Positions 61,654 through 64,000 of a DNA stretch of 64,000 bases are shown piece after piece. Positions within the stretch are counted from its first letter, which is position 1, and every line of letters begins with the position of its first letter. The notes beneath the pieces were generated by a model. It saw only the letters and a program-made list of their open reading frames with translations, did no database searches and was not told the DNA's origin. The translations under genes and the position numbers were made by a program. The DNA is from Podarcis vaucheri. Lineage: Eukaryota. The stretch lies in assembly GCA_965113315.1 (NCBI GenBank), contig OZ220377.1. One strand, given 5' to 3'.

Positions 61654-62000
61654 GGGAACGGCGCCAGGCCCCTCGCCCCGATCGCCATCAACCCCGCCGC
61701 CGCCCCCGTCCTCCATTTTGCAAATCCCGGAAGCGGCCGGCCAAGGAGGCGGGTCTCGCGGCGATGGCGACATCTGGCGGCCGTCCCCAGAACTGCAGGA
61801 TTACGTCATTCCCGCCCACGCACGGCACTGTGCTGCTGCGCGCTCATCCCCCGCCGGCGAGGAAAAGGCGTCGCGCAGCACGTTGCGGAATCCAAAAGCC
61901 CCGGGAAGGTGCGCGCTGCTCCTTGCTTAGGCGTGAGCAGCATCCAGCACGTGTTCAGATGCCCTCTCGTTTCTGCTCTTCGCCCTGAACCCCGCGCGAG
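61654..62000 (-). promoter_or_regulatory. CENATAC CpG-island promoter and 5'UTR
   Basis: CpG-rich; CCGGAAG at ~61727; TCTCGCG at ~61754; CRE-like TTACGTCA 61801-61808. Confidence 0.7.
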
Positions 62001-62199
62001 CTGAAGGAGGCAAAGCCCATTGCAGCGGGTTGGACTAGATGGCCCCTGGGTCCCTCCCAACTCTATACAATTCTATGATTCCGGCACAGCTGCGGGAGAC
62101 ACGTCCCCTTGCCATCTCGTTGCTTAGCAAGCCCCCTTCTTGGCCTGAATGAAGGTGACAGCCCTGGCTTGTCCTGAGAACAGGAGTTTTATTTCTTAA

Positions 62200-62880
62200 A
62201 TCTGTTTTGTTTTTTGTTTTTTTAAAAAATAATATTTATTGCTTTTACAACAATTTAAACACTACAAAAAAAGAAAAAACAATTCATTACAATACAAAGA
62301 CACTACCTTACACTAAAACATTAAACTAACAAGACAAAACAAAAACAATTTAAAAACACATCAACGAAAATAAAATAAAAAAAATAAATTTCAATATCTT
62401 ATCTTTTTTTCACATATTTCCACGACCTCCTCACACCTCCCTTTTTGTATTCCACTTCTATTAATTATTTCAGCAATTCCTTTCCATCTTCCCCTGTTTC
62501 CTATCCTATAATTATCTTAACACATTTCAACCTTATTTTTCCTTTAATACTCTATTAATCTATTTGTACTTAATTCCTTATAACCTTTCTACTAAAGCCA
62601 TATCACTTCGTTCCAACATTCTTCTAGCATTCCTTAATTTTATAATGTTTATGTAAATAGTCTTTAAACTTTTTCCAGTCTTCTTCCACCGACTCTTCTC
62701 CCTGGTCTCGGATTCTGCCAGTCATTTCCGCCAATTCCATGTAGTCCATCAACTTCATCTGCCATTCTTCCCTGGTGGGTAAATCTTGTGTCTTCCAATA
62801 CTTCGCGATGAGTATTCTTGCTGCTGTTGTTGCATACATTAAAAAAGTTCTATCCTTCTTTATCTGTTTTGAAGTCATTT
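62200..62880 (-). mobile_element. L1-like LINE 3' end (ORF2 C-terminus, 3'UTR, A-rich tail)
   Basis: ORF 62624-62878 (FLMYATTAARILIAKYWKTQDLPTREEWQMKL...EDWKKFKDYL) resembles non-mammalian L1 ORF2 ends; a paralogous copy lies at 56660-57290. Confidence 0.8.
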
Positions 62881-63632
62881 ATTCTGGTTTAATCTGGTGG
62901 AATAGTGATTGTGCCAACTTTTATTTTTATTTTAAAAATTTCTTTGCACTACTTGCAGATAGTTCACAATTATTAGAGTAGTCTTGCAGGAGCTGTAGCT
63001 GTGCCAGAGATATATCAGGTGTGCAGAATAACATATCACTTTACACATTTTTCTGAAGAGTAGAGGAAGTTGGAGTACTGTATGGAGTCCATGAAGTGGC
63101 CTAGTGGGCTTGGCCTGACATATTAGGATAACTGGGGTGGACTGTGAAGATAGATGTCGCAACCGTGCAATAAAACAGGGTGAAGGGTGCCAGGGAAAGA
63201 AAGGAGCCTTTCAGTAACAGGTAGAAATACGCAGCTTTACCCATTGAGAAGCAAACAGAGAACCTGATCCGGAATACAAGCTTCTTAGAGACCAGGTTGT
63301 TCTAGGCTTGGCCACCACAGGCCCACATTTCTGACATGCTTATTCACTGCAGCTAGTCAGATCTGCTTATGGGTTTTGTTTTGCATACTTGGTCGCCCTG
63401 CGCCCTGGATAAATCAGTGCAGATGCCCCTGCCTGAAGCCAGGCATTGAATTCCTCTCACCACTATTTTCCTGTCATAGCAGTGAGCTACCTGCAGTTCT
63501 AAACAGTCAAAGAAGAGGGAGGTTTTCTGCTGCTCATCCATCGGGCTTCTCCCCCACCCCCAAGGCAGGTGACACGTTGAGGTGGGAGGGCAAGCAGAAA
63601 CTATTTTCCACTTCAAGCGTTTTCCATAATGG

Positions 63633-63814
63633 CAGGGGTGCCAACTTGAAAAAAATATTGCAGGGCAGGTAAGTCCCACCCCGCAAATCAATTACATGAT
63701 ACAGTTCCCACGCTCCATTTGAATGGCAATGCCCATCAACTGGGTGGGGGGAGCGCAGATATTTTAGGTGGGGGGCGCCAAAGGGATCTCGGCCCCTAGA
63801 AGTTGGCTCCTATG
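63633..63814. mobile_element. Possible hAT-like MITE
   Basis: Imperfect inverted termini CAGGGGTGCCAACT / AGTTGGCTCCTATG. Confidence 0.45.
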
Positions 63815-64000
63815 CACAGAGGCAAAGAATGCACACAATGACCATTTTGTGTACACTTTTAACTGTTTATTACCATACTTTTTCTCCACATTTTCAATAA
63901 TGAATGAATTAATAAATAAATAAATAAAGTTCAAGCACTCAGGTTTATGCATTCTCTTCCACAGTGCCTTTCAACAGTCTACTCCCATCACAAAACATGG

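Noticed and set aside
61233-62004. 251-aa and 201-aa plus-strand ORFs
   Set aside because: Antisense to CENATAC exon 1 in a CpG island; low-complexity Arg/Pro/Ala with no recognisable domain.
62624-62878. 84-aa ORF as a host gene
   Set aside because: It resembles a LINE ORF2 C-terminus and has a degenerate paralog near 56850.

Overview
Vertebrate nuclear DNA from a squamate reptile, probably a lacertid lizard (inferred from the Sauria-type SINE and the other repeats). It carries the conserved housekeeping cluster syntenic with human 11q23.3: probable HMBS exon 1 at the left edge (-), VPS11 (-, 16 coding exons), HYOU1/GRP170 (+, 24 coding exons), SLC37A4/G6PT (+, 8 coding exons plus a 66-nt cassette exon), TRAPPC4 (-, 5), RPS25 (+, 4 coding plus a 3'UTR exon) and CENATAC/CCDC84 (-, 11). 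All six complete genes were spliced by hand into open, phase-consistent ORFs. There are two bidirectional CpG-island promoters and many SINEs, MITEs and LINE fragments. The most unusual signal is a perfect 49-bp inverted copy of the RPS25 start codon and first 5' splice site inside RPS25 intron 2. Other highlights: a U12 AT-AC intron and a GC-AG intron in VPS11, in the same cluster as the minor-spliceosome factor CENATAC; a solo-LTR-like insert flanked by a ~100-bp direct duplication; and candidate U12-like or alternative 3'-end signals in CENATAC introns (speculative). Gene and repeat-family names come from recognition, not database searches.
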